DNA from: Chiloscyllium plagiosum
Taxonomy: Eukaryota
Length of the DNA stretch: 64,000 nucleotides
Assembly (NCBI RefSeq): GCF_004010195.1
Contig: NC_057718.1
Coordinates: forward strand, 81,730,028-81,794,027
Direction: 5' to 3'
Numbering within the stretch: position 1 is the first letter of the stretch; the number at the start of each line of letters is the position of its first letter. The notes under the pieces were generated by a model. It saw only the letters and a program-made list of their open reading frames with translations, had not been told where the DNA came from and did not search any database. A program made the position numbers and the translations under genes. Of the stretch, positions 25,331 through 38,810 are shown piece by piece.

Positions 25331-28300
25331 AAAATGGAGGGCCCCATGTGGCACAGAATATGTCAATGAGATGGGATTAATAACTCTCCAAAAGTCAAGA
25401 GTTGTTGCTGTATTTCTGACTCAGCCTGAAATACCAACTTTATATTCCAATGCACCATTGAATGACTAATGCTGTCAACTGACCATCACTATTTTTAAAA
25501 AGATTGTCTAATATTTGGTGGTTAAATTGTATTTGATTAAGGCAGATGGGAGATGCTTGACAAAAGGATCATCTCCTGGAGGGATAAATTTTTTGAAATT
25601 GTGGTTCCAACATGCCGTCAACTAAAACATAAAGTTAATGGAAGCTCTGGTGTCAGCTGTAGTCAAAATATAGGAATAGATGAAGACCATTCGGCCCACT
25701 AACATTTTGATTTGATCATGGTTGATCTACATCTCAATTCTATTTACCTGCCCTGTTTTCATATCCCTTCATACTTATTACTTAGCAATAGCCCATCAAT
25801 CTTAGTTTTGCTCTTTTCGTTAACCCAGTACTTTTCTGGAGGTGGATGGGCAGTGAGGTCACGGGAAAAGGCCTCCACACTTGACATCTTGTTATACAAA
25901 GAGGGGCTTCCTGAGATCGCCCCTGAGTAAGCTAGCTCTAATTTATCAATTAGTTTCCCTACGTTCTTCCACCAGAGGAAGTAGTTTCACTCTGTTTACA
26001 TTTTCCCATTGTTCCATCACCCTATAAAAAGGAGCCCTAGTTACAGGAGTAAAGTCTGCTCAGTTGATATTTGTACAAATCCCAAAAAGACACTCTCTAC
26101 TCTTTATCTGTGTGCTTTCTTATTTTAACAGAGATGGCTATGCAGAACTATTATAATTTAAGTTGCCACAAAATGGCAATAGTAAAAAACGGGTAGGGAA
26201 AATGTTGTCTATTTTAATCATCAGTATTCTAAACTGATGTAATTTTATCTGTTGTGCTGTCCCTCAAAATTGAAGAAATTGGGAATGTATATAGTAGTGT
26301 TGAAGAATCCCACAGATATTTATTACAATTAACTTTTATACACAATTGTTACACCTCGTAGACTCATTAGTGTCCTGGCCAACATTCAGCTTTTAAGTTA
26401 GATAGAGCAGCATGCTTTCAGCAGAGTGTCATACTTCAAGTCATCCCAATGTAAGATGGAGACCTTTATGTTATCATAAAAATAATATCATGGGTTTGTC
26501 TCTTAAAAGTATACTGACATTCTGACCATAAAACACACCCCAAATGAGCCTATAGAAGAAAATAAGCACAATTCCTTAAACCAAAATCAAACAAAGAACT
26601 GTGGATGCCAGAGATCTGGAGCAAACAAAAATAAAACCACAATAACTGACATTTATATAAAGCCTTTAAATACTTTGGAGAAACATTACCGCTCAAAATT
26701 TGATGCCTGTCCACACAAGAAGACATGGAACCAAAGGATTTGTTAAAGTGGGAGGTTTTGAGAAATATTTTGAAAGAGGTGAGAGGAGGAAAAACAGAGA
26801 GGTTTGGGAAGTAAATTCCAGAAGTTTGAACCTGTGAAGAAATATCTGCCAAAGGTGGGGTGAAGGAAATCAGAGAGACAGAGAGACCAGAATTGAAGGA
26901 GTGCAGACTTTGATCCCAAAGGCTTTGGTAGGTTTCCATCCGGGAGTGGGGAATGATAAACCCAGGAGGGGATGTAAACAAGGATCAGAATATGATTAAA
27001 ACAAGAGAGCAAATGGAAAGTATACTTAAATGTTCCTCTTTCCCATAATACTTGATCGTCAATACTTCTTTAAAAAGATTTCCCTTTCAGCTTGTATACT
27101 TTGTATACTCGTAAATGTTGGAGATATTCCAAATTAATTACTATCGTCCAATGATGGAAGCAGAAAAAGGCCACCAACTAATGTTCCATTCATGGTACTT
27201 GACCAAATCGACAAGGAGGTTGATAATGGATAGTCTGCCATTTTAATTTATACACTTGCTTTACAAAAAGATTGACTAAAATGAAATCACATCAAACAAA
27301 ATATAGTTATGAATCTGATAAACAGTTCTACTGCTCAGTTTCAGCTCAGCTTGGCTGTGTTAAAACCCAGCCATGATCTCACTCCTAAGAATTCAATATA
27401 ACAGAGTAATATTATCAGCTTCCCTGGGGAATTTTCAATTTAGTTGAAATGTTGCTTTCTTACAAAGTATATTAAAATAAATGCTATGCCTTAGATCTCA
27501 GCTGTGGCAGTGTTGGAAGCATTCAAGTCTCTGAATCGAAACGTTATTTGTTGGCATTCCACACCAGAGACTTGAACATATAATAAAAGTTGACTCTCCA
27601 TTGTAGTACTTCTAGAAAGCTACATTGTCAGAGGTGTGAGCTAAGTTGCAAAAGCCAAGGTGGGGGCAGGTAGCACAATTCAGGAAAGGGAGTCCATATA
27701 GGAGGATCCCCTCTTTCCTGTACAATACCCAATCTGCTGTCTCTGGCCACTCCCATTGGCCCAAAAGCTAGGAGAGGCAGGTTTCATTTTACCACCAGCC
27801 TTGCCCTTAAAAGTCACTGGCAGGTTAGGAGAGGGCAAAATAGAATGGATATCCATAGAATGTTATTCGTCAACTATTTCCTGAAAACCTATCACTTAGA
27901 CAGTAGAATTCTGCCCGAAGTCTTTATTTTATGCAATACCTCTGCTTTAAGAATCTGTTCCACATGGTTGTAAATGTTTAGCAATTGTGATGGAGACAGA
28001 TGGATGGAAGGGCTTTGAGATATGGCCCATTGGATTCAGCACTGCTGCTTGTCAGTTGTTGACTGGGGAGTGTTCCTTGGCACATCTGACTAAAGGTTGA
28101 AGAGGCATCCTTGGAATATCCTCCAACCCTGATAGGGCCCAGAGGAGTGGTTGAAGAATTTGGGATCACTCTTATGCCAGATGTTTCAACAGCTGCAGAC
28201 AGAAAGCATCCAAAAACTTGGCAAACAGCTGTGTCAAGCAGCGTTCACATACTCTCCAAGGGTTCATCATCGACCACATCAAATTTTAACTCGTTCTCTG

Positions 28301-29299
28301 CAAGTAAGGTTAAAAGGCAGTTCTGAATTGATTCTGCAGTTATATATGGAATCATGACAAACCCAATCAATGGAATTTGGCAAATTTTTGACAGAAGAGA
28401 CCATTTCTAGTTAAAGAGTGTGAATAATGGCTAGCTGATTGCTGGTGAATAATCATCCATACAGTCTCCTGAAGTTACCGTTGATTGTCTGAAGGAGCTT
28501 TGTTGGGGCAGAATCTTTCCAGGTGTTTTACTTGATTAACTGCAATTTTATTTCCTAGTTTCGCTTCTGCAAGGTGATTGGATGATTGGGGGATGCTGAG
28601 GATGAGGGGGTGAAGGGGATGGCAGGTTATTGCAGCATTGCCTGAGTGGGTATGGTTGATGACCTTGAAGGTCACAATTTAAGTTATTTTCATTCAAGGG
28701 CTATGTTCAACATGAAGAGAACAGAGAACAGTGGATCTGTGGAACAGTCTGCCAGCTAAGGCTGCTGTCTTCTCCTTTGATGCTTTTAAAAACTAGGACC
28801 ATAAGATCACAACAAACCGAAAGAGGAGGCCGCTTGGCCAGTTGAGCCTGTTCTACCATTCTATAGGGTCATGGCTGATCCAACATTCTGGGTGTCTACT
28901 TTTCCTGGTAACCCTTGATTCCCTTACTCATCAAGAACCTACTATCTCAGCCTTAAATGTAGACAAGGACACTGCCTACAGAGTTTTTTGTAGCAAGGAA
29001 TTTCAAAGACTCTCAACCATCTGAGAGAAGATATTCTTCCTTAACTCAGTCTTAAATGGTACCACTTTATTCTGAAATTATGCCGGCTGATTCTAGTCCC
29101 TCCCATGAGGGGTAACATCCTCTCAGCATTTATCTTGTCAAACTCTATGACCAATACTGTGCTTAGTCATCTGACCCATTAACTCTTTATTGACTCAGCA
29201 TCAAATTTTACTCTTAATGTTCTTGTGGAGCATCTTGGGGCACTTCTAATGAGAGCTAGATGCATTTTTTTCTGGCCAACCTAGAAGTCGTCTTGTACC

Positions 29300-29795
29300 A
29301 TAGGCTGGAGAGGGTTCAGAAGAGATTTATTAGGATGTTGCCAGGGTATGGAAGGTTTGAGCTATAAAGAAAGTCTGGATAGGCTGGGACTTTTTCCACT
29401 GGAGTGCAGGAGGTTGAAAGGTGACTATATAGAAGTTTATAAAATAATAAGGGGTATAGGTAAAGTAAATGGTAGTTGTCTTTTCTCTAGGAGGGGGATT
29501 TCAAGACTAGGGGACATATTTTTAAGGTGAGAGGAGAGAGATTTAAAAAAGGACATAAGAAGCAATTTTTTTACACAGAGGATGCTTCGCAAGTGAAATG
29601 AACTTCCTGAGGAAGTGGTGAATGCTGATACAGTTACAATGTTTCAAAGACATTTGGATAAGTACATGAATAGGAAAGGTTTGGAGGCATATAGACCAGG
29701 AGCAGGCAGGTGGGAGTAGTTAAGTTTAGGATTATGTTGAGTGTGGACTGATTGGTCCGAAGGTCTGTTTCCGTGCTGTATCTTTCTATAACATG
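29300..29795 (+). mobile_element. CR1 LINE 3' fragment
   Basis: ORF 29348 MEGLSYKESLDRLGLFPLECRRLKGD and CR1 3' UTR. Confidence 0.9.
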
Positions 29796-29839
29796 GACAG
29801 AAGATTGTCTGGCTTGCTGAGAACAGGAGTGAAAGCAGT

Positions 29840-30786
29840 TAAGAGTAACTAAATTTACAGACAAAACCAAGATGGGTAGGAAAAGGATGTAGTGGACATA
29901 AGGAGGTTGTAGATAGATAGATGGCAAAAATCTGGTAGATAGAGTATAATGTGAGAAATTACTCAATTTGGCCGGAAGAATGAAAAGGTAGAGCATTATT
30001 TATTGAAGAACGACGGCAGAATTGCAAGGTGCAAAGGAATGTGCAAAGGAATTCTGCTGTATGATTACAAATTGCTAGTTTGCAGGCGCAGCCTGTAATG
30101 TTTAACTTTTAACATATTTCTGTATTTTTCTACTTTGTATCTAAGATTTTGTAGCTAGGTACCTGAATATCTAAGATGGTGCTGGGAATTGCAACTGTGT
30201 GAACTTTTAACTGCACTCCTGCATCCGTGTACCTGAGTATGCATGACAATAAACTTTATTCTAATTCTAATGTAATCAAGAAGGCAAATGGGATGCTATA
30301 TTTTATTGTAAGAGGAATTGAACATAAAAATAAATATGCTATGCTTCAGTTATACAGTGCACTGGTGAGATCATATCTCGAATACCATGTGCAGTTTTGG
30401 TCTCCATATTTATGGAAGATTTTAATTGCATTAGAGGTAGTTCTGAGGAGGGTCACTAGATGGATGTCTGAAATGAATAGGTTGTATGAAGATTGGTTGG
30501 GCTTCTCTTCAATGGGGTTTAGAAGAGTGAAGGGTGACTTGATTAAAGTGTTTAAGATCCTGAATGATCTTAATAAGGTAGATATGGAAGGAGTGTTTCA
30601 TCTTGTGGGTCAGTCAGAACTAGTGGGCACACTATTTTAAGATTAGAGGTTGCCCTTTTAGGTCAGAGGTGAAGAGAATGTCTTTTCGTTCAGAGGGTCA
30701 TGTGACTTTGGAACTTTGTGCTTCAGAAGGAAGTGGTGAGGGTCATTAAATATTTTTAAGAGAGAAGTAGAGAGATTCTTGTCTGA
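29840..30786 (+). mobile_element. Older CR1 LINE fragment; tail resumes near 32435-32560 after a younger insertion
   Basis: ORF 30227 KKANGMLYFIVRGIEHK..LEYHVQFWSPYL; a short unrelated retroposon 3' end sits at about 30100-30270. Confidence 0.75.
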
Positions 30787-32432
30787 CAATAGACAATAGG
30801 TACAGGAGTAGGCCATTCTGCCCTTTGAGCCTGACCACCATTCATTATGATCATGGCTGATCATCCTCAATCAGTATCCTGTTGCTGCCTTATCTTCATA
30901 ACCCTTGATTCCACTATCCTTGAGAGCTCTATCCAACTCTTTCTTAAATGAATCCAGAGACTGGGCCTCCACTGCCCTCTGGGGAGAGCTTTCCACACAG
31001 CCACCACTCTCTGGGTGAAGAAGTGTCTCCTCATCTCTGTCCTAAATGGCCTACCCCTTATTTTTAAGATGTGTCCTTTGGTTCAGCACTCACCCATCAG
31101 CGGAAACATGTTTCCTGCCGCCAGAGTGTCCAATCCTTTAATAATCTTATACGTCTCAATCAGGTCCCCTCTCAGTCTTCTAAACTCAAGTCCTGTCGCT
31201 CCAATCTTTCAATATCTTTCCAGGAATTGATCTCGTGAACCTACGCTGCACTCCCTCAATAGCCAGAATGTCTTTCCTCAAATTTGGAGACCAGAACTGC
31301 ACACAATATTCCAGGTGCAGTCTCACCAGGGCCCTGTACAGCTGCAGAAGAACCTCTTTGCTTCTATACTCAATCCCTCTTGTAATGAAGGCCAGCATGG
31401 TATTAGCTTTCTTCACTACCTGCTGTACCTGCATGCTTGCTTTCATTGACTGGTGTACAAGAACACCCAGATCTGTTTGTACTGTCCCTTTACCTAACTT
31501 GACTCCATTTAGGTAGTAATCTGCCTTCTTGTTCTTGCCACCAAAGTGGATAACCATACATTTATCCACATTAAACTGCATCTGCCATGCATCTGCCCAC
31601 TCACCTAACCTGTCCAGGTCACCCTGTAATCTCCTAACATCCTCATCACATTTCACCCTGCCACCCAGCTTTGTATCATCAGCAAATTTGCTAATGTTAT
31701 TACCAATACCATCTTCTATATCATTAACATATATTATAAAAAGCTGCGGTCCCAGCACTGATCCCTGCAGTACCCCACTGCCATTCCGAAAGGGAACTGC
31801 TTATCACCACTCTTTGTCTCCTGTCAGCCAACCAATTTTCAATCCAAGTCAGTACTTTGCCCCCAATACCATGTGCCCTAATTTTGCTCACTAACCTCCT
31901 ATGTGGGACTTTATCAAAAGCTTTCTGAAAGTGCAGGTACACTACATCCACTGGATCTCCCTTGTCCATCTTCAGTTACATCCTCAAAAAATTCCAGAAG
32001 ATTAGTCAAGCATGATTTCCCCTTCATAAATCTATGCTGACTCTGACCTATCCTGTTACAGCTATCTAGATGTGTCGTAATTTCATCCTTTATAATTGAC
32101 TCCAGCATCTTTCCCACCACTGAGATCAGACTAACTGGTCTATAGCCACCGTCCAATCCGCAGGAACTGATCCTGAATCTATCGAACTCTAGAAAATAAT
32201 CACCAATGCATGCACGATTTCTTGAGCCATCTCCTTCAGTACCCTAGGATGTTGACCTATCAGCCTTCAGACCTACCAGTCTCTCCAACACCAATTCCTG
32301 GCAAATATAAATTCCCTTCAGTTCAGGTCCTTCAGCCACTGTTACCTCTGGGAGATTGCTTGTGTCTTCCCCAGTGAACACAGAATTCAACTCTTCTGCC
32401 ATTTCTTTGTTCCCCGTAATATATTCCCCAAG
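30787..32432 (-). mobile_element. Younger CR1 LINE (RT domain and 3' UTR), internally deleted
   Basis: ORFs 31186..31758 (LGPQLFIIYVND..FADDTKLGG..LEYCVQFWSP), 31724..31969 (VYLHFQKAFDKVPH), 31914..32156 (YRPVSL). Confidence 0.93.
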
Positions 32433-32653
32433 GGACACAAATGTTATCAGTAAAAACAGGAATGTGAAATTTGAAACACAAACATATTTGTGATCTTATC
32501 AAATGGTGGAGCAGGTTTTAAGGGCTGAATGGTCAACATCTGCTGCTGTTTCAAATGTTTGTATTAATCAAGGCCAGAATGCTTTCCTGGACACATTGAA
32601 GGGTGTCAGAGATGGATTTTGCAGTTTTCTTTGCCCAAGTGGCCTTTTAATAA

Positions 32654-33908
32654 GTATGTAAGTTAGCTCGCTGAGCTTGAAGGTTTGTTTTCAGACATTT
32701 CGTCACCATACTAAGTAACATCATCAGTGAGAGTCTCTGGTGAAGGGCTGGTTGTATGTCCCACCTCTCTATTTATAGGTCTTGGTTTCCTCAGGTGGGT
32801 GATGTCATTTCCGGCTTTTCTTTTCCAAGGGAAGGTAGATAGGGTCTAAATTGATGTGTTTATTGATGGAATTCTGGTTAGAATGCCATGCCTCTAAGAA
32901 TTCTTGCGCGTATCGTTGTTTCACCTGTCCTAGAATGTGTGTGTTATCCCAGTCAAAATGGTGTTCTTCTTTGTCTGTATGTATAGAAATTAGTGATAGT
33001 GGGTCATGTCTTTTGGTGGCCAGTTGGTGTTCATGTATCCTGGTGGAAAGTTTCCTGCTAGTTTATCCGATGTAGTGTTTTTTACAGTTCTTGCTTGGGA
33101 TCTTGTAAATGACTTTAGTTTTGCTTTACATTACTTTCCATCAAAGACATATCAGAAATGATTTCCAGAATACTCAGACCCCTTGGCACCATGGTAGCCC
33201 ACAAACCTACCAACAGACTTAAACAGCAACTAATGAATCTAAAGGATCCATTAGATACTACCAGCAAAACTAACGTCATTTAAAAGATCCCAAGCAAGAA
33301 CTGTAAAAAAACACTGCATCAGACAAACTAGCAGGAAACTTGCCACCAGGATACATGAACACCAACTGGCATGAAAAGACATGACCCACTATCACTAGTT
33401 TCTATACATACGACATAGAAGGACACCACTTTGACTCGGACAATACACACATTCCAGGACACTCGAAACAAAGACATGAACAAGTATTCTTAGAGGCATG
33501 GCATTCTAACCAGAACTCCATCAAAAAACACATCCATGTAAACCCTATCTACCTTGCCTTGAAAAAAAAAGAGCTGGAAATGACATTACCCATCTTAAGA
33601 AACCAAGACCTATAAATAGAGAGGTGAGACATACCACCAGCACTTCAGAACTCCATCAATAAACACATCCATGTAAACCCTATCTACCTTGCCTTGGAAA
33701 AAAAAAGAGCTGGAAATGACATTACCCATCTTAAGAAACCAAGACCTATAAATAGAGAGGTGAGACATACCACCAGCACTTCACTGATACTCTCACTGAT
33801 GATGTAACCTAGTATGGTGACAAAATATCTGAAAATAAATCTCCCAGCTCAGTGAACGTATTTACATACTTATCATCAACCTGAGCTACAAATCTTCTCA
33901 AAAATCGC
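32654..33908. mobile_element. Penelope-like element, second family (Poseidon-like): inverted partial copy plus forward GIY-YIG/3' copy
   Basis: Plus copy from 33130 reads IKDISEMISRILRPLGTMVAHKPTN..KTNVI*KIP..QTSRKLATRIHEHQLA; 32654-33125 is its reverse complement. Confidence 0.88.
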
Positions 33909-36099
33909 TGGCCTTTTAATTTGATTTTCGCCTCTTCCTTGAGATTATATTTCAGATGGAGTGAGCCATGTATAAATTGTAATGCACAAAGCATCACAGT
34001 GATGTGTGGCAAGCTGGATGAGTCAGAGGATATTTTCCTGTCTACTGTTGCTGCACACTTTTGTACATTCACTTTCACTGGTTTAGCATTTACTTTGATA
34101 CAGTGAGGTCCCAATTCACGAGCTGTACTTATTTAATGGTAACAATACCTTTTCAAGAGAAAATACATTTTTAGTGACCATAATTTGAAAAGAAAATACA
34201 TTTCTAGACACTACACCCTTTTTAAATGAATTGTGAACTGCAAGAAAATCAGCTATACAGCGTTGTATTTCATTGACACATTGTGCACATAGAATAAATT
34301 GATTTACTCTCTGAACTCCAGTTGTAACAAATCAGAAAGTCTACAGGGTCCCAATATTAAAAAGTATATTTTTCAGCCCTGATCTTCATTGCATGTGGAT
34401 GATTGTTCTCCTCATGTGCTATACGGATACCTAGCTGTTGTTAACTAGATGATCTATTCTTCTCATTTAAAGGATATGGATGATTGACTTATTATGTAAA
34501 CTGGCCATATAATATAGACATTGAGATATAGCTTTCCACAAGGTCCCTGCAGATGCTGCTTAGTAACTTACTTGCATGTTGCTTTGATAACGTTTCAGCT
34601 CCCAGATCTCAGCTGCATTGCCGTGCATACCATCTTTTGGGTGTTCAAAATACATCTTTGGTCATCTTAAAATATCTCAACATTTGCAGTCTTCAAATTC
34701 TGAGAGTCAGTGGATTTCATACACCTTTGGATTGAGGTAAGCAATAATCTCAAGCAGAAGTCCAACAGAATGTAAGGACTCAAACATGGTGTTGCCTTAT
34801 TGTGCACTCAATATGCAGTAGTTTTACATATTGAGCACATTTTTCCAAGAGTAGACTTTGTTTCATTCTTGCATTGAGTTAACCTCCAGAATTACATATT
34901 CCTCTAATGCAGTTCTGACGGAAGCATCATCCATCTATTTAATTGTACATCAAAGAACCTTTGGTTCTGTTTTAAGGAAAACAGACATTTTCTGGCTTTT
35001 TAGCCATCTGATACATGTCACCCACTGTAAACTATCAAATAAAAATTGGATTAGTTCATTAACTCCCTGTTTATTCTTTTGTTTGGAGTGCTTGTTGTCA
35101 GGTTTATCACAGAAACAACTGTCATCGGACTCCGTTAAGTATTTCAAGATTCCTGAAATGTTATAACAGCAATGATAGTCCTGGTTCATATTTCAATTAT
35201 AGGTCAGTTTAGCTATTGATTACTTTAATTGTTGTAACTGATACAAAATAGGAACATGACCATGATTCCCTGCTCAGGCAGTTTTGCGAGGGGACAGATC
35301 CTGCATGTTGCTTCCATCATGCACTTGTAATTCTTGATTTGGCTGATACTTGCCTTAATAGATATTAAGATCCAAGGTTGCAGACTTAACATTGTCCAAC
35401 ATTTCTGAAGTGCCAGTGACAGAATAATACAAAGCTGGCTCAATAACAGAGTTGTGGTGAACTGTTGCTTCCCAGATTGAGGGTAGGTGTATAGTGAGGC
35501 TCCCAGCAATTTGGACTTGGTATAATGCTTTTCTCTGAGTATAATCATTACTCAGGAAAACTTGGAACCATTGTGAGAGGTGAAGAGGGCAATGATAGAC
35601 TTCAGGAGGATATAGACAAGCTAATGGAATGGCAGGACTTAGAAATGTGTGAGGCGACTTACTTTGATAGAAAAAACAAGAAGACACAATACAAAATAAA
35701 GCTTACCATACTAAAGATGTGTAAGAACAGAAAATCCTGGGAGTTATGATACATAAATTGTTGAGAAAGTAGTTTAAAAGCTTAATGTGTTCCTAGGCTT
35801 TATAAATAGAGGCATGCACAAAAACAAGAAATTTATGATAAACTTGAATAAAGCACTGATTCAGCCTGAATGGGGGTATTGCAGCAGATAGGATACTGAA
35901 AATTGTTCATGTGAGTGGCTCTGTGGATAAGGAGCTTTTGTTAAAAGATTAAATTGGAGATGCAGAGATTTGATAAAGGAGTTAAAAATTGATAGGGCTC
36001 TAGAGAGAGTAAATAAAGAGAAACTGTTCCGATTGGCAGAAGCTTCGGGTCAAGAAGCAGAGGATAGACTTTGAAAGTGATTGGCAAAAAGCAAGGAGA

Positions 36100-36457
36100 G
36101 GGGAAGTAGTGGCACAGTAGTAATGTCACTAGACATATAGTCCAGAGTCCCAAATGAATGCTCTGGAGACATGTATTTGAATCATAGCATGACAGATGAT
36201 GCTAATCTAATGGTGATCATATAACCACACGTGATTGTCATCAATACCCATCCGATCACTTAATACCCTTTAGGGAAAGAAATGTCACCCTTACTTGGTC
36301 TGTCTATATGTCATGACCAATGCCTCGAAGTGTGATTGACTGTTAACTATCCTCTAAAATGGCCGAACAAGCTACTCAGTCCAAGGCCAATTAGAAATGG
36401 GCAATAAATGCTAAACCAGCCAATGATGCCCACATCCTGTGAATGAATAAAATAAAA
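36100..36457 (+). mobile_element. tRNA-derived SINE (same family as 3578-3931), inserted in an old CR1 fragment (about 35560-36660)
   Basis: Shared head and tail motifs; CR1-like sequence on both flanks. Confidence 0.75.
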
Positions 36458-38479
36458 GGATTATAGATTGGAGTTTCTGGCACAGGCAAATTTGATCCTT
36501 AGCTTCAAAAGGGAATGGGAGAAGCATCTGAAGAGGAAACAAATTGCAGAGGTACAGGGAAAGGGCAGAGATGTGGGACTAGCTAAATTGCTCTTGCAGA
36601 GTATCAGCACAGGCTCAACAGAACTAATTACCTCTTTCTATGCTGTAACCATCCAAAGATTCTCTGATTGTCTGATCAAGCAATCATTTGTTTTACTCAC
36701 ATTTCAATGTCAACAGTTGCATCCAAAACAAGGCCAATTCACTCTAACTAGCAGGCCATAGATTTCAGAAAAGGTCAACTACTGTAAGTGATGAACAGTC
36801 CACAGTCAGATTAACTTCCTGTGTTAAGAATTTTATATTATATCAAGTCATTCCATATGATAGATATTGCATTCCAAAGTAGATTAATGCATCTTAAACG
36901 TTAATATTATAGGCCATGAATATGATGAAATTGCCCTAACTGATCAACCTTGCATTCCAGAGTCTTACATACGACTCCTATTGGTCAACCCCATAAGATT
37001 GAGAGTTTAGACCTAATTTGTCCTGCAACATCTGGAATGAGCTCTGCTATGATATGACACCTCTCTATAGCTACTATGAGATGATGAGACGCTTTTTCTG
37101 TCCTATCTGGTAATTTTGCTTTAATGGGATTACCTCCACATGAAGACCTCATTGCATTGGCAGTGATTTGCATCCAGATTCAACAGCAGTCTTCCTGAGA
37201 AAACCTAAAATTATCACATCCAAGGAGTTAATTGCAATACTTATTGATTTAGTTGTCAAGCAAGCCTTGTGCTTCATCAACATATTTATAATCTTGTTCT
37301 TTTCTCTAAGATGCAGTCTACAGTTATTAATTAGGTTAATGCACTGTTATTTTAAAAATCTAAAGAACTTTCTCTTCCATATGACTGTGTCCTAACTTGT
37401 AATCCAAAAGAACATTGTTTTTAAACTTTGTGTGCAACAAAACAGTGGTCCTGTAGTTTCATGCCTTCCAAAACACAATTTTGGGAGTTGCTTTCAAAGA
37501 CTTCAAGAATACCTTGCAAACATGTAAACTTCCACCACAACGACAGCAATAGCTAGACCCTCACATGACATGAATTTTCAAAAGCTTAAAGTTTCCCTCA
37601 AAAATTATGTGCAATCTCAATTTGCATGTATCACCATTTCTTCACTGTTCTAGGATCAAAATCCTGGAGCTATCTAATACTACTCTGGGTTTCTTCACCA
37701 CTTGGCCTGCTGCAATTTAAGAAGGTGGGTCCCCACTATTTGCATAAGGACAGCCAATGTCAGAAAACATGGCTTGGTATTGCAATCACGTCAGCATTTT
37801 GAATACCATATTTTTATAAATTGAAGAAATATTGAGAGAAACTCTCGCAATAAGTGCTGCATTGGTTCAAGTCTGATCGCAAGGCAAATCTGTGCTAGCA
37901 CAGCTAAAACACAAACTGGGTATCAGATAAATCTCCATGTTCCTGTGGATACTGTGGCAGACAATCAAGCCTGGCTTGTTTCCCTGTTGTCTTTAGACAG
38001 AGGCAGTGTCATCCATTCCAGTAACAGTATACCCAGCACAAATTGCATTAATGGCAGCGATCTGGGACGAGTCAAAAATCAAAATATCTCTTTAGGATGA
38101 AGGGAAAGAAACAGAATGCATTCAGCTCCTTCCAATGGACATTAATTGAATGCCATTATATTAGTTAACGCAGTACATAATTCATGTACTGCAGGAAGAT
38201 TAAGCACTTAATCTAAACAAAGCTGTTTGAGTAATGTATACATTGTAAAATCCCTGCATTGAATTGAGTTAACTCTTTTAGTTTTCAAAATATCATACCA
38301 AGAGAAATCATTTCTTGGTATGTCTCAGTATTTCAGTTTAATGGGAAAAATTAAAACCATTAAAAAAAGCTTTGGCTTTTTCTTGTTCTTAATCAGTGTT
38401 TAAGTTCCCTCTATATCCTTTCCTCATCTCGATAACTTACTAGAGTTCCACTATAGACTGCCCCATTTCAGTTCATCAT

Positions 38480-38810
38480 CATAGAATCCATACAGTGAGG
38501 AAGTGAGCCATTTGGCCAATCTAGTCAACAACAGCCCTCTGAAGAGTATCCCATACAGACCTATCCCACTACCCTATCCGTGTAATCGCACATTTCCCAT
38601 GGCTAATCCACATAGCCTGCACATCCCTGGACACAATGGCCAATCCACCCAACTTGCACATCTTTGGATTGTGGGAGGAGACCAGAGCAAACCCTCACAG
38701 ACACAGATAGAACATGCAAACTCCACACAGACAGTTGCCTGAGGCTGGAATCAAACCTGGGTCCCTGGCGCTGTAACACAGCAGTGCTAACCACTAAGCC
38801 ACCATGCCAC
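38480..38810 (-). mobile_element. HE1-type SINE
   Basis: Reverse HE1 motifs ending GCAGTGCTAACCACTAAGCCACCATGCCAC. Confidence 0.9.

Noticed and set aside
31186..31758. 190-aa RT ORF as an active or domesticated gene
   Set aside because: Flanked by frameshifts and internal deletions within a 5'-truncated CR1.
34801..34839. Bulged hairpin TGTGCACTCAATATG..CATATTGAGCACA as a miRNA
   Set aside because: Stem of about 13 bp is too short, and it is isolated.
34858..35687. Overlapping 80-110 aa ORFs as exons
   Set aside because: ORFs occur on both strands with no recognisable domain or consistent splice phase; one end runs into an old CR1.
36985..37395. Exon candidates on either strand
   Set aside because: Several short open frames with weak splice sites; none favoured and no recognisable product.
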